Assembly: GCA_964584595.1 (NCBI GenBank)
Contig: CAZPAM010000006.1
Coordinates: 814 to 64,813 of the forward strand
DNA from: an uncultured Candidatus Scalindua sp.
GTDB lineage: Bacteria; Planctomycetota; Brocadiia; Brocadiales; Scalinduaceae
Direction: 5' to 3'
Length of the DNA stretch: 64,000 bases
A program made the translations under genes and the position numbers. The notes beneath the pieces were generated by a model that was given only the letters and a program-made list of their open reading frames with translations, ran no database searches and was not told where the DNA came from. Below, in pieces: positions 40,229 through 50,353 of the stretch (position 1 is its first letter; the number at the start of each line of letters is the position of its first letter).

Positions 40229-41620
40229 ATGGGCAAATACACAATTTTTCTGAGCTGTGCCGCAGGGGATACTGATACAACCCAAAGGTTGTATGAGGGT
40301 ATGGATGAAAGGGATCTGGATGTAACTTTCGACAGAGTCGATATTAATCCGAATAAATGGGAAGCTCAGGTTAAGAAGGCCATCAGCAGGAGTCAGATTC
40401 TTGTAATCTGTATCAGTAAGAAAGCTCTAGTAGATCCATCCGGTGGGAATAAGGGTTTTCTGGATACAAAACTTAATGATCTCTATAATATTGTCTGTGA
40501 TATATCTCATTCCGAATTCACCATCATTCCTGTACTGCATGAAGACTGTGGTCACAGCAACGAATTTCTCAATGGTCCTTATATCTATAATCTGTTTCGC
40601 GGTATGGAAGGGGAACTTGACAGGCTGTCAATTAATCTTGGTGGCAGTTCACTTTCCAATGCAAATGCCGTAGATAAAAGGAGTGAAAACGAAATTGTAT
40701 TTGACTGCCTTATGGGTAAAGCGGCAATTGCTTATTATGCCGGTGATTATGAAAGATCTTTGAATGCACTGATCAGTGTTTCAGTAAAGGTATCTGACAC
40801 TTACGAGGTATGTTACGATAAAGGGGTTGTCCTGAGTTGTCTCGGTCGTCATGATGAAGCGGTAGAGGCGTTTGATCAGGCCATAAAAATCAAATCTGAT
40901 GCTCATAGACCATGGTATAAAAAAGGATTTTCTCTTGACTGTCTGGATCGTATGGAGGACGCAATCGATGCATATGATCGGGCTATCACTCTCAAAGATG
41001 ATGATTATGAATCATGGTATGGCAAGGGTGTTGCACTGGACAGTATGGACAATTTAGCAGGTGCACTTGAGGCATATGACAATGTTACGCGAATTAAGCC
41101 AGATCATTCAGACGCATGGAACAACAAGGGTATTACGCTTGGCGGTATGAAGCGTCTTGAGGATGCTATCAAGGCTTTTGATCAGGCCATCAAGACCAGG
41201 CCGGGCAATCACGAAGCATGGTATAATAAGGGTCTTGTTCTGGGCAGCATGAACCGTCTTGAGGAAGGGGTTGAGGCCTTTGACCAATCTATCGAAATTG
41301 CACCAGGTGATTATGTGGCGTGGTTCAGTAAAGGAGATTTCCTGGGACGCCTTGATCGTCTTGAGGACGCTATTGAGGTACTTGACCATGCCATCAGTAT
41401 CAAACCTGATGGTCAAGAGGCCTGGTATCAAAAGGGTGTTGTTCTTGGTAAGCTTAATCGCCACGAGGAGGCTATTTCTTCATTAGATCAGGCAATTATG
41501 ATAGACCCTACTGATCATAATACATGGCACAGAATAGGGATCTCTCTTGATGCTTTGGGGAACCACGATAAAGCCGTTAAGGCATATGCAAAGGCAGCCA
41601 AACTCAAACTGAGTGAATAA
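40229..41620 (+). CDS. TIR-like domain + TPR repeat protein
   Basis: IFLSC...DVTFDR...W...KAISRS..LVICIS...IIPV; about eight 34-aa TPRs (AWYNKG.VL..L.R.EEA..AFD.AI). Confidence 0.85.
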   Translation: MGKYTIFLSCAAGDTDTTQRLYEGMDERDLDVTFDRVDINPNKWEAQVKKAISRSQILVICISKKALVDPSGGNKGFLDTKLNDLYNIVCDISHSEFTIIPVLHEDCGHSNEFLNGPYIYNLFRGMEGELDRLSINLGGSSLSNANAVDKRSENEIVFDCLMGKAAIAYYAGDYERSLNALISVSVKVSDTYEVCYDKGVVLSCLGRHDEAVEAFDQAIKIKSDAHRPWYKKGFSLDCLDRMEDAIDAYDRAITLKDDDYESWYGKGVALDSMDNLAGALEAYDNVTRIKPDHSDAWNNKGITLGGMKRLEDAIKAFDQAIKTRPGNHEAWYNKGLVLGSMNRLEEGVEAFDQSIEIAPGDYVAWFSKGDFLGRLDRLEDAIEVLDHAISIKPDGQEAWYQKGVVLGKLNRHEEAISSLDQAIMIDPTDHNTWHRIGISLDALGNHDKAVKAYAKAAKLKLSE

Positions 41621-41636
41621 GGTAATAGACAAGAGA

Positions 41637-42413
41637 TTACTCGTAATTTGTCAATAGCCCTTTCTTTCTCGCTACATAATAAATCCACGCACTGTCCCTA
41701 TCGTCACTATCAAGATTCAGCATATTGCCGGGAGTGTCATACATTTCGATAGTCTCAAAACCCATATCTTCAAGTTGTTTTGCCTGATTCACTTTATCAA
41801 TATAATATGTCAGCATGGCATAATTATGTGCTACATCGTTTATGATTGCATACTGCTCATTAAACACCTGATGGTTTTTATTCCTTAAGCGGTTACGTAT
41901 GGACTTGAAAAATTCTATAAAATTCACGGCTTGCTTACACGGCATCGTTGAAAATTTCATTTTCGGACGTGAAATTGCATGTCGGTGATTCCTATTATGT
42001 GAGGAAAAGACAAACAACCCGTCCTGTTTGAGTACTCTGTGTATCTCACGCAACCCCTGCAGCCTGTCCTTGTGATTGATTGAATCAAGGCCGTTAAATG
42101 AGAACATTATAAAATCAAATTCACTGTCTTTAAATTCATTCATTTCCCTTACATCTCCACGGGCAAAATTGACGTCTTTAAATCTTTCTCTGCACGATTC
42201 TATCATTGTCATTGAGTAATCAATGCCGATATAACCACTGCTCAAATTCTTTAAGATTGCTGTTGTTCTGCCACTGCCGCATCCGATGTCGAGTATGTGT
42301 TTGTCTACAATGCTTTCCCTGTGTTTTACAAGAATCATCACTTCAGGATTCTGCAATGTCATCTTGATATAGCTTGAAACAACGTTTTTACTCTCATACT
42401 TCTCTCTATTCAT
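41637..42413 (-). CDS. Class I SAM-dependent methyltransferase
   Basis: ILDIGCGSGRT, GIDYS, EIHRVLKQDG. Confidence 0.9.
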   Translation of the reverse strand: MNREKYESKNVVSSYIKMTLQNPEVMILVKHRESIVDKHILDIGCGSGRTTAILKNLSSGYIGIDYSMTMIESCRERFKDVNFARGDVREMNEFKDSEFDFIMFSFNGLDSINHKDRLQGLREIHRVLKQDGLFVFSSHNRNHRHAISRPKMKFSTMPCKQAVNFIEFFKSIRNRLRNKNHQVFNEQYAIINDVAHNYAMLTYYIDKVNQAKQLEDMGFETIEMYDTPGNMLNLDSDDRDSAWIYYVARKKGLLTNYE

Positions 42414-42571
42414 ATCTGCAACTCTAATTTTTCAGATGATAACTGTGTGAAATTGACTATAATTCTTACTGACATTTACAGATAATACTTTGTGAAATCT
42501 ACTATTTTCTAACAAGATTGTAAAGAGATTATGTATTCTCAGATTTTTGCTATAAAAACCCTTTTTGAGTA

Positions 42572-43897
42572 ATGGTTTCCATGAAGAGCCAAAAAGAAAA
42601 AAGTATCTTTGCGTGGTGTATGTACGATTGGGCTAATTCTGCATTTGCAACTACCATTATAGCAGCCCTCTTGCCTATATACTTTGCCACAGTTATTGTC
42701 CCCCAGGGCGGGTGGACTTTCAGATTCGGTGGTATCGAAATTCCAACCAATGCGACCACACTATGGGGCTTTCTATCCGGAACTACAGCTCTTTTTGTAT
42801 TCTTGACTGCCCCTATCCTTGGTGCAATAGCAGATATTGCAGAATCAAAAAAGAAATTTCTGATGACCTTCTGTTTTGGAGGCAGCCTTTTTACCACTCT
42901 CTTGTTTTTCAGCCGTAGCGGAGATGTGTGGATGACGATGATTTTCTTCTTTCTTGCGAATACCTGTTTTATCAGTGCAAATATCTTTTATGACTCTTTT
43001 CTACCTCACATTGCCTCAAGGAAAAATATTGACCAGGTTTCAGGCAGAGGCTATGCCTATGGATACCTGGGAGGAGGCCTGCAGTTCTTAATCTGTATAA
43101 TCTTAATCCTTACACACAATAAGATCGGCATTGAAAAAACAATGGCAGTAAGAATAAGCCTGTTGTTCTCAGGAGTCTGGTGGGCAGGCTTTTCAATAAT
43201 CACGCTTGTCTGGCTGCATGAACCCAAGGATAACAAAATCTCCCCTCAACAACATCCAGGTAAGAACAATTCATGGAACTATATAAGATTCGGTATATCT
43301 CGAACATGGCGCACTATTTTGAATGCCAGGAAACACCGGAACCTTTTTATCTTCCTGATTGCCTTTATGTTCTATAATGACGGTATTCATACCGTTATCA
43401 GAATGGCTGCCATTTATGGAAAGGATGAACTGGGACTTAAGAATCAAACCCTCATGGGTACACTTTTACTGGTACAATTTATAGGGATAGGTGGTGCACT
43501 GTTATTTAGCCGTATTGCCAAAACCTTCGGCTCAAAAAGAATTTTGATTTTTGTACTGTTTCTCTGGCTGGGCATATTGTGCTATGCATATCTTATGACC
43601 AGTGCACTTGATTTCTGGATTTTAGGGATGGCAGTAGGACTGGTTCTTGGCGGTTCTCAAGCCATAAGCAGGTCTTTATACGGTTCAATGATACCAGTAG
43701 AAGAGTCGGCTGAGTTTTTTGGCTTTTATTCTGTTTTTGAAAAGTTTTCTGCCATATGGGGACCTTTTGTATTTGGCATTATTCGCCAGGTTACAGGAAC
43801 GTCCCGTCTCGCCATATTGTCACTGGTCGGTTTCTTTATTATCGGAATTGTACTTCTGTACTTTGTAAAAGAAGAGGGAAAAAGTGAGCTAAAGTGA
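42572..43897 (+). CDS. MFS transporter (UMF1/Atg22-like)
   Basis: WCMYDWANSAF, multiple TMs, GGSQAISRSL, EFFGFYS. Confidence 0.9.
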   Translation: MVSMKSQKEKSIFAWCMYDWANSAFATTIIAALLPIYFATVIVPQGGWTFRFGGIEIPTNATTLWGFLSGTTALFVFLTAPILGAIADIAESKKKFLMTFCFGGSLFTTLLFFSRSGDVWMTMIFFFLANTCFISANIFYDSFLPHIASRKNIDQVSGRGYAYGYLGGGLQFLICIILILTHNKIGIEKTMAVRISLLFSGVWWAGFSIITLVWLHEPKDNKISPQQHPGKNNSWNYIRFGISRTWRTILNARKHRNLFIFLIAFMFYNDGIHTVIRMAAIYGKDELGLKNQTLMGTLLLVQFIGIGGALLFSRIAKTFGSKRILIFVLFLWLGILCYAYLMTSALDFWILGMAVGLVLGGSQAISRSLYGSMIPVEESAEFFGFYSVFEKFSAIWGPFVFGIIRQVTGTSRLAILSLVGFFIIGIVLLYFVKEEGKSELK

Positions 43898-43925
43898 GCT
43901 AAAGATCAAAGTGACTAAAGTTAAA
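43881..43925 (+). repeat. Short tandem AAAGTGAGCT repeats
   Basis: Two exact and further degenerate copies; contains the MFS stop codon. Confidence 0.6.
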
Positions 43926-43940
43926 GGCATCTTTTATCTT

Positions 43941-44191
43941 TTAGCCATAGATTTACACAGATAGACACTGATGCTAAAGGCAAAGAAAAAGGAGAAAGAG
44001 ATCTTCCGCTGAGGAAAACAGGAATCTCAGAAAAAAAGCTAAAAGACCACTCTTTGGGTTTTATTACTAACTTCCCGACTGAGTCGTATCTAGAGCTGGT
44101 TAACAGGGTCGCCCCAGGAGACCTGCCGTTCATGCCTTCCTAAGATGTATTTCTTTTAATCTGAGTTTGATCCGTGTCTATCCGTGGCTAA
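43941..44191. repeat. Inverted pair of TTAGCCACGGAT...CACGGAT...CACTGAT repeats
   Basis: Left arm 43941-43972, right arm 44159-44191; same family at 60701 and 62144. Confidence 0.7.
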
Positions 44192-44201
44192 AACTCTGTT
44201 T

Positions 44202-44729
44202 TTAAATCTTAAAAGTCAGGCGTTGCGCCTTTGTGCTTTCACCACGTCTTACGTCTATAATTAATTCCGAACCGTCTCCCTGAAACTCATAGACTAATTT
44301 CCCACCTTCGTCTTCTGAGTGGGTACAGTGCAAAACTCTCCCTGACACAGAATCACCATCCAGACTGGCGGCAATAACCTTTAAAGGCAAACAGCAGGCA
44401 GCTTGAAAGACCCTCCTGTTATCGAAGGCAAAAAGAAATGTATAGTGCGGTTTGCGCATATTCACCTTCATTCCCATACCCGGAGATTTGGACGAATGAG
44501 ATTTAGGTTTATCGGGCATTGTTTCAATCATATACTTTTCGTTGGCTTCGATTTTATCATCCAGGCTCACACTCTTATCCAGGCCGGACAAACTCATTAC
44601 CCCTTTAGCATCGTTACGGTCCTGTTCAATAGACTCCTCAGTAGGGGCCTTGCGTGCTCTGCTTCCGTGGCTTTCCGCCCTCGGCGCATCAAGATCAACC
44701 AAAGGTAATTTTTCGTAAGATGTATTCAT
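44202..44729 (-). CDS. Hypothetical protein
   Basis: 175-aa ATG ORF filling an intergenic gap; disordered N-half, beta-rich C-half. Confidence 0.7.
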   Translation of the reverse strand: MNTSYEKLPLVDLDAPRAESHGSRARKAPTEESIEQDRNDAKGVMSLSGLDKSVSLDDKIEANEKYMIETMPDKPKSHSSKSPGMGMKVNMRKPHYTFLFAFDNRRVFQAACCLPLKVIAASLDGDSVSGRVLHCTHSEDEGGKLVYEFQGDGSELIIDVRRGESTKAQRLTFKI

Positions 44730-45055
44730 AATTTATATTAAATGACTATTATTGAGACACAAAATTAACATTAATTTACCTACTCAAATCTGTTGTTGTA
44801 ATAATCCATCATACATCAATAAGTAATCTTTATCAAACAGTTTTGAATGATACCATTAATCTCCACGTTATAGAATTCTGCCAATATGCCATTATTCCCT
44901 TCACAGAATACAGATATGGGTCAGACTTGATCCTGACTTTCTCATTGATTACCCCTATCTTTATAATTTATAATGAAGTGATTGATTTAATTCGCACGTA
45001 ATCAAACAAACAAACTAAACAGATATATTATTTTTAACTAAATTACAAAATAACT

Positions 45056-46420
45056 ATGACTGCTGAAGTGAAGACAAAGCCTGGACAGCTGCCGACATTC
45101 TGGGATAGAGACGTTATCTTTTTCGCCAATATGTTATCTATTTTTTACGATAACCATGATGAGCTGGAAAGGCTCAGGCAACATATAATGGGTGTGGAGA
45201 CCTATGGAGGAAGGCTCGTCCCGATTATTAATCTCATATTCAAGGGAGATAATAATCTGCTTGTACTGGAAAAGCCTCCTGATCAAACCTTGATACGTTA
45301 TTTCCAGGATGACCTTGGCTTGAGCCTGCCAGACATCGTAATTTTATCACATAAAGTTTACGATAGCCTTATTACTCATGTTAACGAAATGCTCCATGAT
45401 GAAATAAGCCCAACAGTAACCACGATCCATCAGCATGATGCAGCCTGGATAGATGGGTTTGTCAGCGATGACGTACTCATGAATATAGCAAGGGCCCTGA
45501 GCAAACCAACCGTTAGCAGTCTGGAAGGCAGTAGGAGAGGGAACAACAAATTCCTGCTCCATAATCATCTTTCTGAGCAGGGACTTCCTGTCTTCGATAC
45601 TATACCGGCTGCATCACCAGACGATGTCCACGCCTGTATTTCCACGCTGCACAAACAGGGATACAAAAAGGCAGTGGTGAAAGCACAAATCGGAGCGTCA
45701 GGCATAGGTATGACCAGTTTTTCAACTACCGCCAGCAATGTAAACTCAATCCCGGAACACTTTTTCTTTGAAGGTCCCTGTATGGTACAGGGATGGCTTG
45801 ATGAAACAGTAACAAATGTACGTCAGCTGGGATCACCCAGTATTCAAATGTTTCTGAATGACAATACAGTATCTCTCTATGATATTACCGAGCAAATTCT
45901 AAATGCGGACAGCGTCCATGAGGGCAACCTTTCCCCTCCATCTTATTTCTGCAGGGAAGATCCGGTTTACGAAGAGTTGTTTCGTCAGGCTTCCACTGCC
46001 GGCTCATGGCTTCATGATCAGGGATACAGAGGTACGGCAAGTGTTGACTTCCTTATTGTTGAACAACGTGGTAATATAGAAGTCAGAGTGTGTGAAATAA
46101 ATGCACGAATTACCGGAGCTACCTATCCATCTGTTATTGCGAGGAATTTCCTTCCACATGATGCCTGGTTAATGAGAAACGTACGGTTTGCCAGGCCGCT
46201 GAAGGATACAAGCCTGCTAAAGATGCTCGACCAGGCCGGTTACCTTTATCATCCTGACATGCAGGAAGGCGTTTTACCCATAAACTTCAACCTCAACGAG
46301 GATGGCAGCGTTCAAAAAGGACAGTTTCTATGTCTTGGAAAAGTAATGGATGATTGCCAGAGCATGCTGGAACAAATAGAATCAATACTTCCATTAAAAT
46401 GGTATTATGACAGGGATTAA
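45056..46420 (+). CDS. ATP-grasp fold protein (PGM1 peptide-ligase-like)
   Basis: NNKF, VVKAQIGASGIG, SPSIQ, EQIL...HEGN, GYRG..SVDF, CEINARITG. Confidence 0.8.
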   Translation: MTAEVKTKPGQLPTFWDRDVIFFANMLSIFYDNHDELERLRQHIMGVETYGGRLVPIINLIFKGDNNLLVLEKPPDQTLIRYFQDDLGLSLPDIVILSHKVYDSLITHVNEMLHDEISPTVTTIHQHDAAWIDGFVSDDVLMNIARALSKPTVSSLEGSRRGNNKFLLHNHLSEQGLPVFDTIPAASPDDVHACISTLHKQGYKKAVVKAQIGASGIGMTSFSTTASNVNSIPEHFFFEGPCMVQGWLDETVTNVRQLGSPSIQMFLNDNTVSLYDITEQILNADSVHEGNLSPPSYFCREDPVYEELFRQASTAGSWLHDQGYRGTASVDFLIVEQRGNIEVRVCEINARITGATYPSVIARNFLPHDAWLMRNVRFARPLKDTSLLKMLDQAGYLYHPDMQEGVLPINFNLNEDGSVQKGQFLCLGKVMDDCQSMLEQIESILPLKWYYDRD

Positions 46421-46435
46421 ATATCAGGTGAAACG

Positions 46436-47554
46436 ATGACTCAATCTTCGACAGATTTACAGAAAAGGCTCGTAGCGCTGACAAGGGATTTGATACTGAT
46501 ACCAAGCGATGCATCCCGTCCGGACGATATCGAACGGGCTTTTGAGTTTGTTATCAATCACGTAGAGTCGCTTGACAACATAGTGGTAAACAAATATTAC
46601 CATAATGATATTCCATCATTAGTTGCCATTCCTAAAGGTGTAAAGCACCCTAAAATTCTCCTTTGCGGCCATATTGATGTCATTACGCATCCGGACGTTC
46701 ATAGCTACCGTTCACAAATAGCTGATGGCAAAATAGTTGGTCCGGGATCAGCAGATATGAAAGGCCCTCTGGCAATTCTTCTGGAGATTTTCATGAATTT
46801 ACATATGCAGCATGATGACCTCCCGCTTGGACTGGCTATCACGTCTGACGAAGAACGTGGCGGCAACTCAGGTATGCGCTTTCTATTTGATGAAGTGGGG
46901 ATCAGGTGCGATGTTGCCATGATTCCGGACGGAGGCTCTTTGAATGAGGTAACTGTGGAAGAAAAAGGGATACTTCATCTAAATATCCAGTGCAATGGAC
47001 ACTCTTCACATGCTGCACGTCCATGGCTGGGAAACAATCCACTGGAACATCTTATAGACGCAACTGTCCGCCTACGGGAAAACTTCAATTCTTTAAAGAC
47101 AGATGAAGACCATTGGCATCCTACCTGCGCTCTAACAATCGTTAAAACAGCAAATCAAACCGTAAACCGTGTACCATCTGAAGCTGAAGCTACTCTTGAC
47201 ATACGATTTCCAGCTCCATACACAGTAAGGGAAATGTTAAATCATGTTCGCAATTTGTTAGGTGAAGAAATCAACTCGCATACACTAATCAGCGCAGAAC
47301 CGACACTACTCTCACCAGATCCACTCTACCTTTCAGTCACCGAAGAAGTAACCGGAAAACCTACCAGCCAGGAAAAGGAAGATGGTGGAAGCGATGCCCG
47401 TTTTGTAGGACACCTTAACATCCCCGTGATCGTTTCCAGGCCTATTGTTGACGAATTGCATTCTACAGACGAATGGATAGATATCGAATCTATGGAGACG
47501 TTCTACCGGATATATGAGCTTTATTTGAAACGAAAATTGCTTTCAGGTGATTGA
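46436..47554 (+). CDS. M20 family metallopeptidase (ArgE/DapE-like)
   Basis: GHIDV, G.GSADMKG, DEERGG, GHSSHAARPW, DIRF, GGSDARF, LHS.DEW. Confidence 0.9.
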   Translation: MTQSSTDLQKRLVALTRDLILIPSDASRPDDIERAFEFVINHVESLDNIVVNKYYHNDIPSLVAIPKGVKHPKILLCGHIDVITHPDVHSYRSQIADGKIVGPGSADMKGPLAILLEIFMNLHMQHDDLPLGLAITSDEERGGNSGMRFLFDEVGIRCDVAMIPDGGSLNEVTVEEKGILHLNIQCNGHSSHAARPWLGNNPLEHLIDATVRLRENFNSLKTDEDHWHPTCALTIVKTANQTVNRVPSEAEATLDIRFPAPYTVREMLNHVRNLLGEEINSHTLISAEPTLLSPDPLYLSVTEEVTGKPTSQEKEDGGSDARFVGHLNIPVIVSRPIVDELHSTDEWIDIESMETFYRIYELYLKRKLLSGD

Positions 47555-47574
47555 GTAATCCCTCAATTGCAATC

Positions 47575-48534
47575 TCACACCAATCCCTTATGAGTAAGCC
47601 ATCTTTCTGCTTCGAGTGCCGCCATACAACCTGTACCGGCGGCAGTGATCGCCTGTTTGTAGTATGGATCCATAACATCACCGGCAGCAAAGACACCCTC
47701 CACACTTGTTGCCGTCCTCCATGGCTGAGGGGTACTGATAAAACCCTTCTTATCTAATTCCACACTGCCGTTAAGGAAAGAAGTATTTGGGGTATGACCA
47801 ATTGCCATAAACAACCCTCCACAATCCAGGTCTGATTCCTCTTTGTTAATAGTACTTTGCAAACGCACACCTGAGATTATTTTGTCTCCCAGGACATCTA
47901 CGAGAATGGAATTCCACTTGAACTCTAACTTTGGATTAGCTATAGCACGCTCCTGCATTATGGGACTTGCCCTGAGTTTATCACGACGATGTACTAAAAT
48001 GACTTTGCTTGCAAACTTTGTAAGATATAAACCTTCTTCAATTGCAGAATCACCACCCCCAATAACAACAAGGACCTTATCCCTGTAAGCGGGAAGCGCA
48101 CCATCACATATTGCACATGCACTTACTCCTCCTCCGGAGTGTGCAAGTCTTTGTTCGTTTGGCAAATTCAGCCAATTTGCTCTTGCACCTGTAGCAATAA
48201 TAACGCTTAACGCCTCTACATCTTTATTTTCAGAAGTCTTTAACTGAAATGGATGTGAACTGAAATCAACAGATGTAATATCTTCTGTAAATATTTGAGT
48301 ATCAAATCTCTTTGACTGTTGTTTAAACAGCTCCATCATCTCTGTCCCTTGTATACCCAAAGGAAATCCAGGATAATTCTCTACCTCGGTAGTATACATA
48401 AGCTGGCCTCCCGGTACCATAATGTTTGAGGGTTCTCCCTCATAAACAATTGGATCCAAGCTGGCTCTCGCTGCATAAATGGCTGCAGTCCATCCGGCCG
48501 GGCCGGAACCAATGATTATTATCTTTTCTGCCAT
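47575..48534 (-). CDS. trxB: Thioredoxin-disulfide reductase
   Basis: IIGSGPAG, VENYPGF, SACAICDG, GGGDSA, GVFAAGD; ATG 48534 after GGAG. Confidence 0.96.
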   Translation of the reverse strand: MAEKIIIIGSGPAGWTAAIYAARASLDPIVYEGEPSNIMVPGGQLMYTTEVENYPGFPLGIQGTEMMELFKQQSKRFDTQIFTEDITSVDFSSHPFQLKTSENKDVEALSVIIATGARANWLNLPNEQRLAHSGGGVSACAICDGALPAYRDKVLVVIGGGDSAIEEGLYLTKFASKVILVHRRDKLRASPIMQERAIANPKLEFKWNSILVDVLGDKIISGVRLQSTINKEESDLDCGGLFMAIGHTPNTSFLNGSVELDKKGFISTPQPWRTATSVEGVFAAGDVMDPYYKQAITAAGTGCMAALEAERWLTHKGLV

Positions 48535-48850
48535 ATCTTTTCTCCATTTAACTAGGAGCGTATTGCGACACGCCCCAACACGTTTACACGTTAAAAAAAA
48601 AATTCTATCATGCAAGCCCTTAAAATGCAAATGCGTATCAGAATAAAGGCTGAAACCGCCAATAGTATTTTAATAGGCCTTTAAGTAATTGATTTATAAG
48701 TGGTATCTCAGTAAGGGTTTTGCTATATTTGTGACTCAAAGCCGGAAGAAGTGTATCATCCGTAACCTGTTTCTCCAGTTCTGTACCTACAGGACAATAG
48801 ACCATTTTATAAAGCATGATATACCTTATCTTTTTCTAACAATCATTAAT

Positions 48851-50245
48851 ATGACTGAAAACCGTTTACGTTTAAGAAATAATTCACATATTGCCATAAT
48901 CGGCGGCGGCCCTGCAGGTAGTTTTTTTGCAAAAGATGCCATTCAAAATGCAAAGAAACTTGGAATAAACATCCAGATAACAATCTTTAACAGTAAAGAC
49001 TTCAGCCAGAGAGGCCCGCGTGGATGCAATATGAGTGCTGCCGTAATTGCAAGCACATTACACGCAAAACTCATAAAGGACGGCATAATATTACCGGAGC
49101 GTATTATACGCCAGGAGATAAAGGGATATTATTTCCAAACTGAGGAATACGGTATCGAGTTATACAAACCGGAACAGAGTGATAAAAGTAGCATACTTGC
49201 AGTATACCGAGGCAACGGCCCGCTTTACAGCACCCACACGGAAAGCCACAGCTTTGATGACTATCTGTTAAGGCACGTCATCGATCAAGGTGTAAAGGCA
49301 ATTTACGAACCTGTACAGGAGTTAAAACTATCTTCTGATACTGACACCCCTGCAACTATAATTTATGGAAGAAACAACTCTTACAAGGAGATGAAAGCAG
49401 ATCTTGTGGTAGGTGCATTTGGTATTAATTCAACAATAGTTAATAAAATTAAAGAATTAAATTTTGGTTACATACCTCCTAAAACCATTAAGACATGTCA
49501 AATGGAGATACCATTAAGTGCAGCCTTCATAAAGAAATCCTTTAATGACAACATACAGGTCTTCGCACTCGGAATAAAACCCTTCAGATTTGCATCGATG
49601 GTGCCAAAAGATAACTATGTCACCGTAAGCCTGGTAGGTACCAGAGATTTGACAAAGAAAGATCTGCTCAATTTTGTAAACCATCCGGTCGTCCGCAGGA
49701 AACTACCCCATGACTGGAAAATGCCTGATAAATACTGTATGTGTATACCCAAGATTACTCTTTCGCATGCAAAGAAGCCGTTTACTGACAGATTTGTTAT
49801 TGTAGGTGATGCAAGTATAACAAGGATATTCAAGAACGGACTCGAATCAGCCTATATAACATCACAGCTTGCCGCACAGGCAGCATTTGAGAATGGTATC
49901 TCAAGTGACGATTTTGATAAGTATTACTATAAACCTGCAAATAAATTACTTGCCATGGACAATTTGCTTGGCGCAGTGATCTTGATGCTCAGCGATTTTG
50001 TCACAAAACAGAACTGGCTGGTAAAGGCACGTCTATCATACGTTAAAAGTAGAAAAGGCTCCTGGATAGCAAATCACCTTAACAAACTTCTGTGGAACAT
50101 GGTCACGGGAGACGCCCCTTATAAAACAATATTAATGCAGGCACTTAATCCAGTTTTTCAAGTTATATTAATTCCAGTAACAATTAAGGCGCTTATCAAA
50201 GATATCTTTGGATTAATTGCTCTCCGCTTCGGATTAAAGCAATAA
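48851..50245 (+). CDS. FAD-dependent oxidoreductase (geranylgeranyl reductase-like)
   Basis: IAIIGGGPAGS, GPRGCNM, ADLVVGAFG, VGDASITR.FKNG; ATG 48851 preferred. Confidence 0.8.
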   Translation: MTENRLRLRNNSHIAIIGGGPAGSFFAKDAIQNAKKLGINIQITIFNSKDFSQRGPRGCNMSAAVIASTLHAKLIKDGIILPERIIRQEIKGYYFQTEEYGIELYKPEQSDKSSILAVYRGNGPLYSTHTESHSFDDYLLRHVIDQGVKAIYEPVQELKLSSDTDTPATIIYGRNNSYKEMKADLVVGAFGINSTIVNKIKELNFGYIPPKTIKTCQMEIPLSAAFIKKSFNDNIQVFALGIKPFRFASMVPKDNYVTVSLVGTRDLTKKDLLNFVNHPVVRRKLPHDWKMPDKYCMCIPKITLSHAKKPFTDRFVIVGDASITRIFKNGLESAYITSQLAAQAAFENGISSDDFDKYYYKPANKLLAMDNLLGAVILMLSDFVTKQNWLVKARLSYVKSRKGSWIANHLNKLLWNMVTGDAPYKTILMQALNPVFQVILIPVTIKALIKDIFGLIALRFGLKQ

Positions 50246-50353
50246 AGATGGAAAGCCAGCCTTAATTCATCATAAATAATTAAATAACAAAGTAATGTTA
50301 CTTTTAAAAGAAAGACTTTTACAAGTTCAATTTCTGTAAGCATAGTGTAGAAA

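Noticed and set aside
40800-41600. 102-bp DNA periodicity
   Set aside because: Explained by TPR coding repeats
43921-44133. 70-aa ORF in the inverted-repeat region
   Set aside because: C-terminus is translated repeat; no GxxExxY or transposase motif
44874-44895. TGGCA motifs as a sigma54 promoter
   Set aside because: No GC at the required GG-N10-GC spacing
48535-48850. Long N-terminal extensions of trxB and the flavoprotein in the ORF track
   Set aside because: Downstream ATGs match family N-termini; extensions cover the divergent promoter region
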